Assembly: GCF_964204645.1 (NCBI RefSeq)
Contig: NC_134029.1
Span: 19,710,950 to 19,774,949, forward strand
DNA: 64,000 bases
Reading direction: 5' to 3'
DNA from: Tubulanus polymorphus
Lineage: Eukaryota; Animalia; Nemertea
Shown: one piece after another, positions 11,272 to 24,400 of the stretch
Layout of the letters: each line of letters opens with the position of its first letter
How positions within the stretch are numbered: position 1 is the stretch's first letter
Translations under genes and position numbers: made by a program
Notes under the pieces: model-generated
Seen by the model: only the letters and a program-made list of their open reading frames with translations
What the model was told of the DNA's origin: nothing
The model's database searches: none

Positions 11272-14200
11272 ACTACTATCTCGAAGTTTCATTTTCGGAC
11301 TTTTTATTATCATTGTGGGATTCTCTCCTCATGGTTTAGAGGAGCTGTGTCGACCGGGTGTAGAACAAATATAACGAGACGAGTAGTACTATATAGGTTA
11401 ACTATTCAATTGACGCACGAGCTTTCGCTACTAATGTATAGTAGCAAAAATACATAAAGATTTATGTACTTTTGATAGTAGCTTGATCAGGTGAATGAGT
11501 TAAAAAAGAAGGTTGACACCATCAGTTTCATTACGCGCTATGTCCTCATGATCATAAGGGAATTGTGTAGGCTATCATTTTTTTTGTTTTTTTAGGTTTA
11601 AGGGTATTCTTGATATAATACGCAATTTGAGAAATAGAATTAGTTTTTCTGAATTCATTCATTTATAAACTCTGGGTAATGGTCGCTCTGGTCGGTTCGA
11701 TGTCATGCCAAATTGACAATCACTATCGTAATCTAATCCGGACGCGATAGTTGATTGACCTTTGTCAAATAATCTTTTTCATCGCTTTACATACAAATTA
11801 TACCAATTTGTGATCTTCGTTCGCGATTTGACCCGTGATTGCAAATTGCATTTGCGATCGGATGTTTTTGTGCGGTCATCGACCATCATTCGGTTAATCT
11901 TTTCGTTCAAACGGAAAAAAGCCGCTTCGATAGAAAGTAATCACGCCGTCGTCATTGACCGAGAGACGAGCGTTCGTTGCGCCTTATATAGTCGGTGGTA
12001 GGTTTTGATTTCGTTTGACGCCGGGGCTATCGTCGTCGTTGTCGTATAAGCGACAAGATGACATTTTGGGCAAATGGCATTGATTGGTACACTCAGTAGA
12101 TTAACTGTTTCTAGTCGGAAAAAGTAACCCGGCTCTGATGTGAGGAGAATAAAATAACCATTACGTCTATTGATGAACGTCTGTGGAGATTCGGTAACAA
12201 GGCTCCGGTTGTGTGGCTGACCGCAGCGGAATGACCAATGAAGCCAAGCAAACTCCGAGAGACGATTACGCATAAACACAACTCTAGTATTCTATCCTGT
12301 AATTGTTGATTTTATCTCTAACACTCCTGTATATACGTATTACATCTTTCTCCTCGAATAAATCCGCCGCATCCCGCTGCCGAGATGACGGCCGAACTAA
12401 CGACCTTCGAATTCGTGTATACATACCGTCGTCGTTTCAGATCGCGATTGAGATTCTCGCGAGAAAAATCATTCTATCTTATAATACCTACGACCCATGT
12501 GTCTTTAAACCCTAAAGAAACATTACGAAGGTTGATTGTTTAATGAGAATTATCCAATTTAAATGGCGCAGTTCGTCACGCGACCTTTCCGTTATATTCT
12601 GTCAACACCGTTACCGGAGTCGAGCAGAAGTTTAACTATTTAAATGTCATCATTGCGCGCGTCTCGCCGTTGATATGAATGGGATCATTCCACCGAGCGA
12701 AAGTGCCTGCCACAATCCATTAAGCTTAATCAGCCGGAGCCTTTTCATCATTCACGTTAATGACATAAACTGCTCATTAAAACAGCTCCTGGTTAATGAG
12801 AGACGTCAGAAGAAAACGCTTAAACCTGCCGCTGCGGCATCGAATGAAATCAGCTAAAGTTTATCTCTTTAATTGAAAATGTTCCCCGAGCTCGACGACA
12901 GCCGTGTTCGGCGACATTCCGTGGGGGCCATCGTGTGATTGAATTCTGAATTTTATTGAGCAACGCGGCCTTTTTTATACTCTTTATTCGAATGTCGAAA
13001 TTGAAGTGACTTATTAACTGCTGTCTTTAGCGTATAAATCCCCGGATGAAACACTCGGGCGAGCGGTTATTTCCCGATATCGACTGACGGCCTCGTTACG
13101 AGATTCGAATCCCGACAAATCGCACTTATTTACCGACTAACTAGAAATTCATCCACCGTCAGAGATGCCAATTTACCGCGCAAAAAATGTCCCCGTAACC
13201 GTTTCATCTCGTTTCGCAGCCATATTGATTTATTCATGGCCTGTGATAATCTCTAATAAAACAAGAACCTGATCAAACGGCGTATAGTTTTGCTGACGAA
13301 TAATTTCATTCTGCAGTTGGCGCCGTCTCGCACAGTTTTACGAGGGCTTATAGTGTTCTTTCCCCATTGTTAAACCGCCTATTAATTAATTCATGGTTTC
13401 GTTGTTGTGCTCGTTGTGCTGGAAGAGCTCTCCGTTCCGAGCCGTATACTCGAAAATACGTATACGTGTGAAATTTCATTTTTTTGTATATCGGAAAAAT
13501 GTTCGAGTTATACAGCGCGGCGATTCCATAGTTATATTTCCGAGGGCCCCGGGGCGATCTAGTCGAAATAATCACGGCAAATCAGTATGCGACGGCATAA
13601 AGCCGGCATCTTCTGGCGTTTTGCTTACGACCGCGGTTTGTTGCGCAAATGGCGACCGTTCGGAGATTCCGACCAATCAGTAAATTAGATCTCGATGGAC
13701 GTATCCCGCTTCCTAGCCGAAGATGGAAGGTACCCAGTGGACTTAGTTGTCACTGTATACGAAGCGCCAGAAATATGGTCAATATGTTATCCGGTTGAAA
13801 AAGTACCGTCGAGTAGCAACATGTCAATAACGGTTCGAGATCGTATAAATGGATACAGATACATTGTGTATCGCTAGGAGTAACCTTTGTCAATTTAGAT
13901 ATCCCCGACGCTCGGTGATATATACGATTTCGAGCTAGTCGATGCGAGCTGACGGTTCCAATCCCCGGGAGACGAAACGAGAATGTTACCGACGAAACAA
14001 GCAGCAGCAGCAGCAGCACAACTCGCGCTGAAGATAGGTTCGATTTCTTTCGAATATAGCTGCTACATGTTTCACAAAGCTTTGTATTTTCACATGAAAA
14101 AAAACCGATCATATCGTATGTAATATTCATGGACGTTTAATCTAGTTTATACGTCCAAGATTTATTGAATATTTTCGCAATCTTTCAGTGGCTATTTATA

Positions 14201-15437
14201 GCCATTCGCTTGGCCGACGTTTTATTAGAAAAGTTCCCCGGTATACACGAACCTAATTATGCAATTCTTGTCGTAGTAAAGCGAGCGCGTTGTCGACGTC
14301 GTAATCACCTCCGCTGCTTTAATAGTCCCATTTTGAATCTGAAGTTGTGACATTTTTGTAAATGAATGTGACTCGCGGTTAACGAGTCGGCGCAGCTGGA
14401 AGAATGCGAACTTGGTGCCGGTAAAAATCGAGTCGTAGGTGTTATGATTTATGACGATATAGTCGAAATACATGTGTACCAACAGAAAAACGATACGTAA
14501 TTTGGTATTTGAAATTCAAGACAGACCAGATGTACGAATGAATGCTTTATTTTAAAACGTAATTTACAGCAGTGAAATAAATGAATACAAAATACAGTAA
14601 ATTATACTTGGAAGGGTCTGTAGAAACTAAGAAATAGTTTATATAATAAAGGTCCGGCTAAAAAAAAAGAAAAGAGAAAATGAAAACATGCTTTCAGTAA
14701 ACCCTCAAACACACAAAATGGACACTTTTTGATTAATGTTTATTGCGAAGTACAACTTTTTGGTAGAGTCTTTAGGCTTGGGGATGTCCTTTCAATTATG
14801 TATGAAATGTGGATAACAAAATGCAACATTCATAGAATTTCGTACATGTATTGATAAATAAATATATCATGTTAATATAAGTAATGTAACTATAATATTA
14901 ACGTTTGACCTGGGGATACATTTTATGATATAACTGAATCATTCCATGAGCAAAAGTCGTCTATTTATTCCTAAAAAAACGATTATGAATTGTCCAGATG
15001 TTTTTAAGATTGTCACTGATCTTATTCCAAAAATAAAGAGTTGAAATGAAAATGTTCTTCGACTATTGTTACATGTTTCTAAATTTTGGTAACCCGGTAT
15101 CAGTAAACTTAAATAGTATATTCATTGCGCCAGCTATTCTGCTTCTATAAAGATATTTTGCCACCGCTTGTCAGCCGACTATATCATATTCTCTTCGTCT
15201 GACTAAACCTCGTCTACACTAGGACCTTATGAAACAAGTCGATCCGATTCAGTAACGGGGTTTCCTTCCAAACACACGTTATAATTGAACATGCCTAATT
15301 TATATTCGCGTTGTAAAACGTGACTTTTAAGTTGAATATTCGAAAAGGAGCGAACTAAAAGTAGAAGCGAAACCCTGAAATTGAAATCCTGAATAAAAAA
15401 ATTTCTTAAATCATGCGAGAGGTGTCGCTATGTTTTC

Positions 15438-15627
15438 GTATGGAAGAGCCAAAAGAGTCAAAAAGCCGAAATTTCGAGTTAGTAAGTCAATGCTCTTCCA
15501 CAATTTTGACTTATTAAGTCGAAATTTCGAGTGAAGAAGTTAACGCTCTTCCGTTATTTCGACTTATTAAGCCGGAATATCGACTAAGAAAAAAAAATAT
15601 CATATGGGCCCACAATGCTCTTCCGTC
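15438..15627. mobile_element. Non-autonomous DNA element with GGAAGAG/CTCTTCC ends and internal subrepeats
   Basis: TATGGAAGAG...CTCTTCCGT ends and repeated GAAATTTCGAG / GACTTATTAAG / GCTCTTCC units. Confidence 0.55.
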
Positions 15628-15710
15628 ATTTTTCGGCTGTCTAATGTCTATAGTGTAGACGTAACTTTTGCCACTGCTCACATTTCACAATATCTTCATC
15701 TTGTTTTCAG

Positions 15711-18389
15711 AATTAAACTATCGGTATAGAGAAAGATTCCGTGACCCCAACGGTAAATTGAATATATCACCATCTTTCTCTCCTCTCTATCCTCTCTTTC
15801 TCATTCTTTCTATTGTCGGTCGGTGATTTACATTTCTGGTGAAATTGTCATTATCTTATTCTTCTTTTTCAAGCGCGCGCAGCGTGTTTTTTTGTTGTAG
15901 TTAGATGCATATTTTCTTCCAGCGCTTGTTTTTAAGTTCCATTCTTGTGGTTTCGAGGAAGTACGATTTGTTTTTCATTTAGATTTTTCATTTAGACATT
16001 TTAGATTATTCAACCTCCATTATCACATTATCATACATCAAACCCCGGTGGCGACGGATTTCTTGGTCGAAGGTACTTCTCTGGTGTCTCCCTCATTAGG
16101 AAAAAGAAACATCGAACCGTGCGTGGCGCTCAGTGGGTTGAGGGAATAAAAAAAGAAAAAAATTATCATACATTTCAATCGGGAATATAAGTATTTCTTT
16201 CGGCCGTCTAATTTTTTCGGATATTCTACGCAAAATTTCCAAAATTCCGTAATGATATGTTTCTGCTTCGATTTGTTCATATCCTTCATCTTCTCGGTGT
16301 ATATTTGAGATGCTGCTTCAAACGGCGAATTGTCGTTCGAAAACATTTTCAAATGTTCAGATATTTACTATCGAAATGAAGATATGAAAAAGTAATTATA
16401 CTTTCACGGGTATTTCTAGCTATCGGAGAAGCATGCTCAAATAATGATGACCATATCATCTCTCGAAGAAAACCCTCTTTGATATTATATCGATCGATTA
16501 ATTCCCATTTGAGCTCTTCGTCGGATACGGAAATACGCCGTAACGCATGCGCCCTGGGGTCATTTAAAATTCATGTTTCATTTTCTATCGATTTTTCAAG
16601 CACGTTTTTGCCTCTTGTATACACTAGCGGGTACCAGTCTTTTTAATTAAATGTATTGTTAATTGGTAGATTTTTAAAACGTTTTCGTACGAATAAATGT
16701 CAACCTATATACAATGTTATTTACGATTCGATTTATTCATTGTCTTTTCTGCCATATTTTGTTCACCCGTATATTTCGTGCTAGCGAGGTTTCTTTTTCA
16801 CATTCCCCTCCATCGACCTCTACTTATTTATCCAACAACCGACATCAGCGTCCTTACCGTATGGTTTCGTGATACATGTACCATCCCCGATTGAAAAAAT
16901 CTTCCGTGTTGTATGATGGTAGGGTAGATTGATGATCGTGGTATATAGTGCTAATTTTTATTTCTAACATGTATGATTTGATTTCGTTAGGTGCGTCGCC
17001 GAATTTTCTAGCTCCATTGATGATCATCTATCATAGATCTATTTTCACAACTGGCGCTTATCCGATATCAATTTGCGTAATTACAGTTGTTTTTTTTCGA
17101 CACGGGAAGCTAGCAGCGCGGCGGATCCTTCCTTTACGTTATTGTGCAACAACTTCAAAGCTCGCCGTTTCGCAGCGTCGGCACACACGACCTGCTCGAC
17201 AGAGAACAACAACCCATCCCTAAAGTAGCTTGATTTCCCGTCCTGATCCGCGCCGTCGGAATACACGTTAAAACATCCTATTATCGGAGTATATGACAGG
17301 TTTTTGTTACATACGAAGGTCTGTAGATGGATGTGTTTATCTATTTCCGATAGCGTGTATTGTCTACGAACAATCGTCACCAGCCATTAGTTTGACGGTT
17401 CAGGTTCGTGTATATACCATACAACTACAAGAACATCAACGTATGAATTCTTAGTATTTTTTTTTTCATTACATCGATGATAATTCATGTTTTATCGCGT
17501 AGAAGTAGATTTTTTTCAAACCGGTGAGGGTCGTTTGATGGTAAAAAAGTTCTATCGTTCATTGGAATGTTATATTCTTTTTTCTTATAATCGTTTTATA
17601 AGCGCAGTCTCTAGACTCGTGGGGGGTCCTTTCAATAAACTTTATTCGGTTATATTGAAATATCATATTTTATCATCTTGATATTTATTGGCGATTAAAA
17701 TTCATTCATCAATGCAATGTAAACTAAACCCACGTATTTTCACGTATTGCAGGCTACTCAATGGTACCCAAGCCGGCTTACAACGAAACCCCTACGAATG
17801 TGTCCGTAGGACCAGGTGAAATCGCATTACTCAGGTGTTCAATTCGCAACTTAGGCACAAAAACGGTAAGTTATCGATTTTTTTCGGTCAACACGATTCG
17901 TCCAGAGGTCCGCGTTCGAGCGGTCGCATTAAACCGATGTCTAGATTTCTGAGAAACCGGTCGGACATTCTCGGGAGGGATTATGATGTTATTCTTCGTG
18001 AACTACCATCGTATTATAGGTTAGGTTTCAAAGTTCATTGCCGTGCCTCTCCCTCTCTCCCTCCCCTTCACCCTCACCCTCTCCATCCCCTCCCCCTCCC
18101 CTCTCCTTCTCTTCCTCTCTCCCTCTCTCCCTCTCTCCCTCTCCCCTCCCCACCTATTTGTTTAGGGTGACGTAACGCCGTGAAGCGCCATGTTGGAACG
18201 TGTATTAAACGACGCTTTCGTAGTTTTGTGAGTTTATTCGACGAAATTCTACACCCAGTCTATTGAATCGCTGCAAATGACACATCCATTCATCTATTCT
18301 TGCCGGTCGCCTGGCAGTAGAAAACTCAAGTATTGGTATTTTGATTGATATTTGCTTTTTGAAACTTCGAACATCAATCGCCAGGCGTA

Positions 18390-18421
<32 letters not shown>

Positions 18422-21400
18422 GCTGTTTTGTTTGTCGAACGAGCGAAATTATTTAAACAATTCCCGCCGCTGTTCAAAGATAGAAATTGCGAACGCCCGA
18501 AGCGAAGCAAGTGTAAATTGACAGATCCAACAGACGAACGGACTCGGCGGTTCTCTTGAAACTTCTGAAAACTTTGAAGCGAGTTTAATCGTTTCGCTAA
18601 GTAACCAAGCCTATCTCTTTCTACGGCAATCGAATTTGCTTCTTCGGGAGACGTGGCGGGCTTTACCGCTGCGTGTCGTTGAACTATAGCGCGCGTATCT
18701 GTTTCGGTTTAAATTGCGTTTGAAATAAAAACAGCCGTCGTTCCTTTCGAAACGCGACTCAAATCAGCCAGCGATCGTAAGTCTTTCGTCGATCGAATAA
18801 CCGGAATAATGTTTTGAGAGAAAAATTGTAAAAGCCTTTACGCAAAATGCGTAATGTGCGTCGTAATCTATAGCTACGGGCAAATAAATTGCAATTTCGC
18901 TTCATGAATGATACATCAGAATCGGTCGGTCCGGATCTTATGCAATTTTCTGCCTTCTCTTGTCTTAAAAGTCGAATCCACAGGTTACAAACCCCGGTTC
19001 TTGTCTTGCCTAAATGCGATTTCCATAGATAACAGCGGTGATGATATCAAAAAAATAAATGCAATTTTCGCGAGCATCGTCGACGCCCGATCGGCAAGTG
19101 GCCGTCACTTTTTATCATTCAGACAATTTTCCCACTGATTATCGATAACTATCAAGAAATGCTACTGGCCATGGGCCATAATACCGCGTCAAAGACGAAA
19201 GAAATGTAATAAAAGCAATACAGTTCTCTGTCAATTTTGCCGAGTAGAATCCTGCGGGTACGCAGTGATCCCTGGCAATCATTTTCGTTCCACTGATGTT
19301 GACTAATCGCGCTGGCCCTCGTGCGCGGAGTTTCCTTCTGCGAAGGATCATCAAAAAGAGGTAACGATCGCGAAATAAACGTTAAGAAGAAAGTATCGAT
19401 CGCCTGGTGACGTGATATATTATCAACGTGGATTATATGATAAATCGAATAAGGAATCAATTGACAAACGCCGAATCAGAAGACAAAGCTATGTACTTGT
19501 TTTTGTAAACGCAGTTAGATATATAATGATCAGAAAAAAGGTCATCGCGATCTAAAACAATCGGAGTCGGATAGATTCGCTAGAATGGATTTTTTTCTTG
19601 AGCCTTTTTTTAACGAGACCCGAATGAGTCATGGCAATTCGATCATTCACAAATGGCCAAATTGACGGAGGCATCAAACAAACTTATCCATGATTAGTTT
19701 ACGCTTTGTACTTAGTGGTTTGTGGTATACCTCTTATTTTAACCGCCGCGAATAGTGTTTCAACTGTTGTGACTCATGTTCATCAGTATAGTACCCCATC
19801 GTTATTTCCCTGATGTTCTGGTCAAGCGGCTTCTTTTGAAAAGACTCAAAAGAATGAATAACTACAGTATTCAGTGTACAAAACTGCTAAGTGCGGTTGG
19901 GAGGAATGACGTTTGTCGTGATGTGACTACAGCTGTACAATGTTCACTGGCGGGCAAAAAGCCTACCTTCTATTCCCGTCGTTCTCTGTCCATCGGGATC
20001 GCGAATGAATTGGTAAAACAGTGCTAATGGCAGTAACCCAGCCATCGTTCGGGTATAAATTGGCTATAACCTATATATGCACGACGTGTTTCAGTATTTC
20101 TTGCGCTGATCTAGCTGCATCTTTTAGTCATAAATCACTTGATTACAAATGATTACCTGGTGTGATTTGATTAGGTGAAGTTCCATTTAAAAATCCGTAT
20201 TCGTTTTAGATACCTTTACCGTCGAAGGATATACATGTATTTCTTAACATTTACTACCTGAGTTCGAAAAAGGCATTTGCTGGTACTTATGCGGAGACTT
20301 CGGGGCGCGGGGTCGCGCAAATACTCGATCGGCCACGGCTACTTACGCTATGAATGATTCATTTATTATTGCACTTGACTTTCTTGCAGGTAACATGGAG
20401 ACGAAAATCCGAAAAGCATCCATTAACGGTGGGAAAATTCACATTTGTCAGCGACACTCGGATCAGCGTGAACCATCGACGAAAGTCGGAGCATTTAGAG
20501 GAGTGGAACTTGGTCATACGCAACGTTCAGGAGTCGGACGAAAATTTGTATGAGTGCCAAATCAGTACGAGACCAACGATGGTCAAAGATTTTAGTCTAA
20601 AAGTCAAAGGTAAGATTTCTCGCTGCCTCTGTGCCTCGCTGACAGTCCTTAGATGCAAAAAGAAAATCTTTCGGTTCTCGGGCCTTCTCCGTCGATATGG
20701 CCCGACCCTGTAGGATCGGTTTCCTAGAACGCTCCGGTCTGTAAACATCTATGGAGATCTTCAGGAGGCAACTTGTTAAGTGCTCCGAGTGGATCTTAAA
20801 AGATGGCTTAGTGATTTATTTAGAAAACACTTATTATTATTATCAGATTGAAAGGTGCACATTTTCCGACAGAAAGCGAATCGTTCAGTATTTGTTCGTA
20901 TTAAGTCGTAATAAAACTATTTTTACTGCTGGAACCCACTAAAGATATAATTAGCGGGTGTACTTTTTCTCTGATAAGGCCTTTTTTTAATTACTTGGTG
21001 TACGGATCCGCCTACCAGAGTTCTGCACAAATGATCAAAAAATATTTTTCAGTCCTCCTTCGTCACAATTTTTCGATGAAAATCTTTTTTATTATGTTCG
21101 TCATAACGCCTGTTCGTCATAATCTAGGATCTTGTAAAAGTTATGTTCATCTCATTTTTTAATTTGCAAGAAATTTTTTTTTTAATTAAGCTTCTCTCAT
21201 TTCTCCCATCATATGAATAAAATTCATCACATTTTCGCTCCTTTTCATTTTTTTCTGCAGTCCATCCGAGATTTATGTCAAAAATGCTTAAATAATAACA
21301 AATTTATTTTTGTATTTTTCCTGTTCCCTTCCATTTTGAAGCGACTATTATAATGAAATCAATTTTGTAATCTTTATTTTTTCCTGTCGTTCTCCCACTT

Positions 21401-24400
21401 TTTTCCGTACTCCAAGTAATGAGAAAAAGGCGTAAAGAACCTGAAACGAACACACTTAAACATATGTGAACCGTGGATTTTTGAGGCCACTACTGTCGCA
21501 TTCGCCGCGTGTCTTTCCTGTCCACGTAACGGTGCGACATGGGTGTGGAAGGATCCATTTCGCTAATGAATCACTGAATTACCGATTCTTTTATTCGCTG
21601 CAAAATCATTTGAACTCTCTGCGATGATGACAGAAATTCCCGGATATCATGGATACTATTTCACCTAAAAGTCGACCCCCCACGTAGTGCTTTACTTCTT
21701 CGTCACAAAAGAATTGAATCTCCTAATGCTATACGACAAATAGATATATACCACACAATCAATCATTTTAGACCGAATTACCCGCCGGCGTAGGTGATTA
21801 TTTGAGAATAATGACGAAAGGTTCCTGGGAAGATTTAGTCACTTGTTTTATGAAACTGACAAAATGAGAACTTATAGGGTGAGATATCCTTAAAAGAATA
21901 ATATTTAATACCCTATTTTTTTAATTTGATATACCTATAAATGATAAGTTTATCATTGGTAATTTTAGTTTCAGTTCAGCCATTACTGAGAAATAAGATA
22001 TTTGACCTTTAACCCTCCAGTCCAGCAAAAACCTATCTTCATGGATTTCCCTTTTCTTAGTTAGTGCGTCAGTTATCTGTTATCGATTTTACGTAAGCGC
22101 GGTTAAGTCCAGGGAAGGTTCCTATCATCTTGACGTAACTCGCAATATAATAGCCTGAGTGTCGATAAAACTCTGCCTTGCTGTAATCTTTGGCCTTATC
22201 ACGGTCACTCCACATAGTCATTAGCTGTTGAGAGTGAAACACAGCTCCCTTGGTATCCACTCGCCGCTGCTCTGGCCAATAACAGTTGGCCGCGGCGAAA
22301 TTCGTTCATCAAGCCTATAATTGGCCATTTCGCCGCTACCTGTTCAGTAACCTCGAGGGAGGTCAGGCGTTCCGCGCAAAATAACTGTCAACTATATACG
22401 AGTTGATAAACAGATCGTGCGGTCTAACTGACTTCGTTGACTCCAGCCATTTCGATTAGGTCAGAGCCATTCAACTTTAATGTCGCTTCCGAAGCCAAAC
22501 GTCATAGGGTCCAAAAGTAATGGTCACTGAAGTGCTATTTGCTTGATGTTCCTTTGCGGTATTGCTTAGAAACCACTTTCGGGAAATGAGATACTTCATA
22601 TCATCCATCGCTTGATTTCCCACAGTAACTTCGATAGCCATTTATTTGATTATATTTTCCCCGTCTCCCCCTGTCTGGTCCATTAAAAATCTTATGAATT
22701 TGAAACTTACCTACTGAAATATGAAGCGAGGAATGCTTCGTTCAACCCTGACGATCGACAGTTAATGTCAATCACAGATCTAGTAATGAAGGGGCTCTAT
22801 TAACAATGTTCTTTTTTTAACTTTCGAATTCCAAACTCTAATTGAGGATTAACTTCAGTCGACGCATATTCATTCTGAATTTTCGTTTGTTCATAATGCG
22901 CTTAGGCACAAACTTCGAGGAAAACGCTGCACCTTGTCTCTGTTTCATCTATATGCAACGTACGTCGATATTATTAACAACAACACAATGCGTTACATTA
23001 ATCCTATCATGTTCCCTGTGGGCTGTTTTTCAGTTGCTTTCAGTTTGAATATGCCTACTAATGTTCGATTGATTTCGACGTCGTACCGCGATGAAAGGGA
23101 TGCCTCGGATGACAATGGTTAGCCATTTGACCCTTTGAACGTCTGCCAAAGTGAGGGGGCATTCACGATATGACTATCCTGAAAATACGATGATTCAATT
23201 ATTGACTTTTTTGGCGACGGCTTCAAGGCATTTGACAAAGCCGCCCTTTTGAATGGATGGACTTGTTTGTATTTGGAGGTACCATCGGTATTTGATAAGA
23301 TATTCAAATGTCAATCATATTATACTCGTGTTGTTATATGAAATGAGAAAATTTCGAAACTAAATGCCGTCGTCGCACGTTAGGTGTAATTAGAAATATG
23401 AGAGACGAGATTAGCTTACTCTCGTAGCCAAGAAGTACTAGTAGGAGATGAATGAAGATGGATCGAAATCGGATATTGACGCGAAGTTCATTTAATAGAA
23501 ATGTATGCAATGTATACATTTTTGCCCGTTTTCACTCTCGAAAACCGGGTAAAAAGTCACGAAACGGGGTCGTTAGCAGACTTGCTTTTTAATGCTCGAA
23601 ACATATAGTCGGGTCCCAGCAGGCTAGCGCCAGCCCGTCATAACAATAAATCACAGACGCCGAGCGGTGCAGCGAGCATTCCCAAACGATAACTGACATC
23701 ACGAAATATTGTTTTCCCACTGCACCCGGCCGGCTTGATTAATGCGGCTAAATGTAAGATTAATTTTGATCGACGAAGCGATAAAAGTTTAAACTCAACG
23801 GTGAAAGAATCTTTATATATACGGAATGTATACGCGGCTTCTTGACTCTTAAAAATCGATGACTTTTATTTTCGGCAAATCTCCCGGCAAATCTCCGGAT
23901 GATACGTAACATAATACATCGAGACCTGCATAAAGGGCCATTCTTCGCATCACTGCCCTCGCTCTATGAATGAGCATAACTGGACTTACCGGTAGCTTTC
24001 TTATATCTCGGAGTAATCGTTTGATTCCAAGCTTATATTAATCGTGCTTATATCTTGAATTTGTGTGTGCTACACCTCGTTATAAAACTGTCTTAAAACC
24101 CTCGTTATACCGGGTCTATTGTGGCCTCAGGAATAGTGTCGGTCAAACGTATAAAGGTTAAAATGTCTTTTCGCTCTTGTTGTTTTACAGAAAGACCGCT
24201 TGAAGGAGGCGATACAGGTAAGAACAATGTCCATATCATCCCGTCTTCGTTAAGTATCGTCACATAATAACTAAAAAAGTTCTTTTCTTATCGACCGCTG
24301 AATCATCAATTGATCAATTTTCAACCATTCCTTTCTTCTAATTGCACAACAGTATATTTTTCTAGCGTATTAACTATAATTTATCAAAATTTTGATTATT

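Larger units (their letters stand above)
11005..11330. mobile_element. Penelope-like-element-type inverted pLTR insertion (palindrome) with a 13-bp TSD
   Basis: Inverted arms of about 135 bp (11041-11176 and about 11197-11332) with no mismatch seen, a 36-nt unpaired extension on the left, and the direct repeat ATGGTTTAGAGGA at 10992-11004 and 11331-11343. Each arm carries a hammerhead motif followed by AATAAA. Confidence 0.85.

Noticed and set aside
13750-14130. Minus-strand ORF with a signal-peptide-like VVLLLLLLVSS
   Set aside because: The poly-Leu comes from a (GCA)n microsatellite; there is no suitably placed Met and no splice partners.
17835-18170. Pro/Ser/Leu-rich ORF
   Set aside because: Translation of the homopyrimidine tract; out of frame with the real exon.
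18205-18559. Poly-Ala ORFs on both strands
   Set aside because: Translation of the (TGC)10 repeat.
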